NCBI GenBank assembly: GCA_049903315.1
Contig: JBNGBT010000007.1
Location: 64,360 to 128,359 of the forward strand
Direction of reading: 5' to 3'
From: Candidatus Cloacimonadota bacterium
GTDB lineage: Bacteria > Cloacimonadota > Cloacimonadia > JGIOTU-2
Length of the DNA stretch: 64,000 bases
In this document: one piece after another, positions 60,136 through 64,000 of the stretch
Layout of the letters: each line of letters starts with the position of its first letter
Numbering within the stretch: the first letter of the stretch is position 1
Position numbers and translations under genes: made by a program
The notes under the pieces: model-generated
The model's input: only the letters and a program-made list of their open reading frames with translations
Database searches by the model: none
What the model was told of the DNA's origin: nothing

Positions 60136-61533
60136 ATGGAAAAACATACAGTTGCAATAATTGGCGGGGGACCTGGTGGATACGCTGCTGCGATACGGCT
60201 ACAGCAATATGGGATAGATTGTATCGTTTTCGAAAAAGAGCGGTTGGGCGGTGTATGCCTTAACTGGGGATGCATTCCCACCAAAGCTCTGGTAAAAGTT
60301 GCCGACCTTTTCTCCGAGCTCCATCATGTAGAAGAATTCGGACTCGCACTTGAAAATCCGTCATTTGATTATGCAAAGATATTCGAGCGAAAGAACCAGG
60401 TCGTGGAAAAGCTGGTTTCAGGATTGGAGTTCTTATTCAAAAAACGCCAGATACCCGTCATAAAAGGATCTGTGAAGGTTATTGAGAAGAGTGGGGGATC
60501 CTATCTCATCTCATCAGAAAACGAATCAATACAGGCATCTTATGTGATTATTGCAACAGGTTCAAAACCAAAAGACCTACCAACGTTCAAAATCGATGGA
60601 ACAAATATACTCTCATCAAAAGATGTATTGAAACTGCAGCAACTTCCGAAGTGTTTATGTATTGTCGGCGGTGGTGTGATTGGCTGTGAGTTTGCCTCTA
60701 TTTTTGCTCAACTTGGTGTGGAAGTAGAGATCGTTGAATTCCTTCCACGACTTATCAGCACAGAAGATGAGGAAATATCCAAACGCCTGGCAATGGCTTT
60801 GAAGAAAACCGGCATTAAAATTCACCTGAACACTGCGGTTGAAAGCTGGAAATCTATAAACAGCGAGTTGCAGCTCTCACTCTCAAATGGCAAAGAAATA
60901 ATAACCGATAAAGTACTTCTCAGTGTAGGAAGAGATCCTGTGTTTGATATTAAATGTAAAAATTTTGATGTGAAAATGGAAAGGAATGCACTGTCTATCA
61001 ATGATAATTTTGAAACGAATAATCAAAATCTGTTTGCAATAGGGGATGTCACTGCGAAAATGATGCTCGCACATACAGCCAGCAAGCAGGGACTTCTTAC
61101 TGCCGAAATCCTAAAAAACAAGATCGAGGGAATTGACGTAAAAACCGATGCACTTTGTTATCAAAACATCCCAAGATGCACTTTTACACATCCTGAAATC
61201 GGCTCTGTCGGTCTCACAGAAGTACAGGCGAAAGAGAAATACAAAGAGATATTGATCGGGAAATTCCCTTTCTCTGCGAATGGGAAAGCGCTTGGATTAG
61301 GGCAAACTTTTGGTTTTGTGAAAACCCTTGCCAATGCACAAAGCAAGAAGCTGGTGGGCATGCATATAATAGGACCACAAGCTACAGAACTCATTGCAGA
61401 GGGCGGTATTTTCATTCAATCCGAAATGACTATCAATGAAGCGCTCAAAATCGTTTTTGCGCATCCCACACTCTCGGAAGTAGTCGCAGAATCTATTGAA
61501 GATCTCGAGAAGATGTCGATCAATAGCATGTAG
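60136..61533 (+). CDS. lpdA: Dihydrolipoyl dehydrogenase
   Basis: GGGPGGY, GGVCLNWGCIPTK, GGGVIGCE and HPTLSE. Confidence 0.95.
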   Translation: MEKHTVAIIGGGPGGYAAAIRLQQYGIDCIVFEKERLGGVCLNWGCIPTKALVKVADLFSELHHVEEFGLALENPSFDYAKIFERKNQVVEKLVSGLEFLFKKRQIPVIKGSVKVIEKSGGSYLISSENESIQASYVIIATGSKPKDLPTFKIDGTNILSSKDVLKLQQLPKCLCIVGGGVIGCEFASIFAQLGVEVEIVEFLPRLISTEDEEISKRLAMALKKTGIKIHLNTAVESWKSINSELQLSLSNGKEIITDKVLLSVGRDPVFDIKCKNFDVKMERNALSINDNFETNNQNLFAIGDVTAKMMLAHTASKQGLLTAEILKNKIEGIDVKTDALCYQNIPRCTFTHPEIGSVGLTEVQAKEKYKEILIGKFPFSANGKALGLGQTFGFVKTLANAQSKKLVGMHIIGPQATELIAEGGIFIQSEMTINEALKIVFAHPTLSEVVAESIEDLEKMSINSM

Positions 61534-61550
61534 AACAATATAATTCACAC

Positions 61551-61632
61551 CTCGTTCTCAGATTCTACACCACACCCCGTTCTCAAGTTATAGATCATTC
61601 CTCGTTCCTAAGTTGAACTTGGGAACGAGAAT
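61551..61632. repeat. REP-like palindrome, family A, copy 2, with two partial upstream half-copies
   Basis: CTCGTTCCTAAGTTGAACTTGGGAACGAG at 61601-61629; partial CTCGTTCTCAG at 61551 and CCGTTCTCAAGTT at 61577. Confidence 0.8.
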
Positions 61633-61884
61633 AAATATTTTATCAAAGAGATTTTTTTAGATAACTTCCGGAAATTTCAAGTATATATAACCGATAACTT
61701 TGAAAAACTGGACATCATATACAACAACTTGTCGCGATGGGTCTACGATCCCTAAACTTACTGGAAAAAGAATAGGGTTGTTAACTTAAATGGGGTAAAA
61801 GATTTAGGTATAAATCAAAGCTAAGGTACCTTTCCGACTGTGTTAGATTAGCACTCCCTATAATTATAAATCTTAAGGAAAAGA

Positions 61885-63945
61885 ATGAATATTAAAAAAC
61901 TTAGAAATATCGGTATTAGTGCCCATATCGATTCGGGCAAAACAACATTAACAGAACGAATTCTATATTACTGTAATAAAATATACAGAATCGGTGAAGT
62001 ACACGGGAAAGACGGCGTTGGAGCCACCATGGATTCCATGGAACTCGAAAAAGAACGCGGCATCACGATCGCGTCTGCTGCAACAAACGTGAGATGGCAA
62101 GGCTACGATCTTAATGTGATCGATACTCCGGGACATGTTGACTTTACGATAGAAGTTGAAAATGCCCTGCGAGTGCTGGACGGAGCGATACTTGTTCTCT
62201 GTGGCGTGAGTGGAGTTCAGTCGCAATCCATCACAGTGGATAGACAATTGAAACGCTACAGGGTACCTCACATCGCTTTTATTAACAAGTTAGACAGAGC
62301 CGGTGCCGATCCTGAAAAAATTAAAGATCAACTATGTGAGAAACTGGATCATAATGCAGTTCTCATGCAGATTCCGATCGGTTTAGAAGAAAACTTTGAA
62401 GGCATCATTGATCTCGTTTCCCGCAAAGCCAGGTACTTTACCGGTCCTCATGGCGAAGAGGTTAAAGAGACAGAAATCCCTGCAGAATATAAAGCAAAAA
62501 CTGAAGAAATGCGCGAAATCCTGATCGACGCTGCTTCAATGTTCAGCAACAAACTGGCAGAAGCTTTTCTCGATGGAAATGAAACTGAAGAAATGATCTA
62601 TGCGGCAGTAAGAAAAGCTACCATTGCTTTGGAATTGACTCCTGTATTTATCGGCTCCGCTTATAAAAACAAAGGAGTTCAATTGCTGCTCGATGCCGTT
62701 GTACGATATCTTCCCAATCCAACCGAAAGAATAAACATCGCTCATGATAAGGACGATGACATGAGGGACATAACCCTTCAATCTGATCCCGATCTCCCGG
62801 TTGTTGCACTGGCTTTTAAATTGGAAAATCAACAATATGGACAACTTACCTATATAAGGATTTATCAGGGTAGAATAGCAAAAGGCTCAAATCTGCATAA
62901 TGCCCGAACCGGCAATAAAATCAAAGTAGGTCGTCTGGTGAAAATGCATGCTGATAATATGGAAGATATTACCAGTGCCAGCGCTGGTGATATAGTAGCA
63001 TTGTTTGGTGTAGACTGCGCTTTGGGAGATACGTTCAATAGCGGAAATAATAATTTTACAATGCGCCAGTCATTCGTTCCCAAGCCAATAATATCCTTTG
63101 CTTTGGGAATTAAAGACAATACGGATCAGGAGAAACTTGCGAAAGCATTATCCAGATTTACTAAAGAAGATCCTACCTTCAAGGCAAATGTGGATGAAGA
63201 AACCAATGAAACGATTGTGCACGGAATGGGCGAATTGCATCTCAATATCTATATCGAAAGAATTAGAAGAGAATATGGTGTGAACCTGGAAGTTAATGCG
63301 CCACAGGTTTCCTATCGGGAAACTCTTACGAAGGCTGTCGAATTTGATTATATTCATAAGAAGCAAACTGGCGGACACGGCCAATATGCACGTATAAAGG
63401 GAATTTTAACGCATTCCGGAAAAGATGAAAATATCTTCATGGATAAAGTGCGGGGCGGTAATATTCCCAGCCAATTCATGCCGGGTTGCGAAAAAGGATT
63501 TCTTTCTTCACTCGACAAAGGAGCACTTGCTGAATTCCCTGTAGTGGGGGTGAAGATGACTTTGGATGATGGTGATTTTCATGAAGTCGATTCCTCACCA
63601 CTTGCCTTTGAAATAGCGACCAGATCAGCTTTTAAAGAAAATTATCATAAAGCCAAGCCGATCATCCTTGAACCGGTGATGAAAGTTTCGGTGGAAACTC
63701 CTTCGGAATTTCGCGCGAATATTATGGCGATCATCAATCAAAATCGAGGAAATGTATTAGATACAGTTATTGATGAACATTTTACCCGCATCGATTCGGA
63801 AATGCCCCTCTCCGAAACTTTTGGTCTTGTGACACAATTTCGTTCCGTCACACAGGGTAAAGCAGATTTTACTATGGAATTCAGTAAATATAAACCTCTT
63901 CCCAAGAACCTGGAAGAAGAACTCTTGAAGAAGAAAGAGAAATAG
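61885..63945 (+). CDS. fusA: Elongation factor G (spirochete/planctomycete/deltaproteobacterial EF-G1-like)
   Basis: [51 protein letters not shown] and FHEVDSS. Confidence 0.93.
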   Translation: MNIKKLRNIGISAHIDSGKTTLTERILYYCNKIYRIGEVHGKDGVGATMDSMELEKERGITIASAATNVRWQGYDLNVIDTPGHVDFTIEVENALRVLDGAILVLCGVSGVQSQSITVDRQLKRYRVPHIAFINKLDRAGADPEKIKDQLCEKLDHNAVLMQIPIGLEENFEGIIDLVSRKARYFTGPHGEEVKETEIPAEYKAKTEEMREILIDAASMFSNKLAEAFLDGNETEEMIYAAVRKATIALELTPVFIGSAYKNKGVQLLLDAVVRYLPNPTERINIAHDKDDDMRDITLQSDPDLPVVALAFKLENQQYGQLTYIRIYQGRIAKGSNLHNARTGNKIKVGRLVKMHADNMEDITSASAGDIVALFGVDCALGDTFNSGNNNFTMRQSFVPKPIISFALGIKDNTDQEKLAKALSRFTKEDPTFKANVDEETNETIVHGMGELHLNIYIERIRREYGVNLEVNAPQVSYRETLTKAVEFDYIHKKQTGGHGQYARIKGILTHSGKDENIFMDKVRGGNIPSQFMPGCEKGFLSSLDKGALAEFPVVGVKMTLDDGDFHEVDSSPLAFEIATRSAFKENYHKAKPIILEPVMKVSVETPSEFRANIMAIINQNRGNVLDTVIDEHFTRIDSEMPLSETFGLVTQFRSVTQGKADFTMEFSKYKPLPKNLEEELLKKKEK

Positions 63946-64000
63946 ATTTTTGGATATTTTCCTCATCCCACGCTGGGCTTGAGCTATTTATAAAAAAAAT

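Noticed and set aside
61551..61632. Possible mini CRISPR array from the repeated CGTTC(T/C) units
   Set aside because: The units are unequal, degenerate and too closely spaced, and there are no cas genes. A REP-like palindrome explains it better.

Overview
AT-rich bacterial chromosomal segment, probably from a Cloacimonadota/FCB-type anaerobe. That taxonomy is an inference from the FlgD-Ig/T9SS-like C-terminal domain, the GlmL-like cluster and the gene content. Most of the window is housekeeping: purA, a heterodimeric ABC exporter, split transketolase, yajC-def-fmt-DUF116-rtcB-archease, an EF-G II paralog, yebC-ruvC-ruvA-rsmB-PASTA-gyrB-gyrA-pdp, rpmF-plsX-fabH-fabD-fabG-acpP-fabF-rnc, lpdA and a second, spirochete-type EF-G. 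An accessory stretch at about 12.7-26.9 kb holds two toxin-antitoxin pairs, two broken genes, a GH97, a TetR/FabX-like pair and a cluster of exported proteins. Several unrelated, degenerate REP-like palindromes sit at gene boundaries. I saw no rRNA, tRNA, CRISPR array, transposase or prophage. No complete novel system is demonstrable from this window alone. The best candidates are the GlmL-like/KOW pair at the left edge, the exported protease-inhibitor-like cluster (23.5-26.9 kb) and the TetR-controlled FabX-like flavo-FeS enzyme. All family assignments come from motif recognition by eye, not from database searches.
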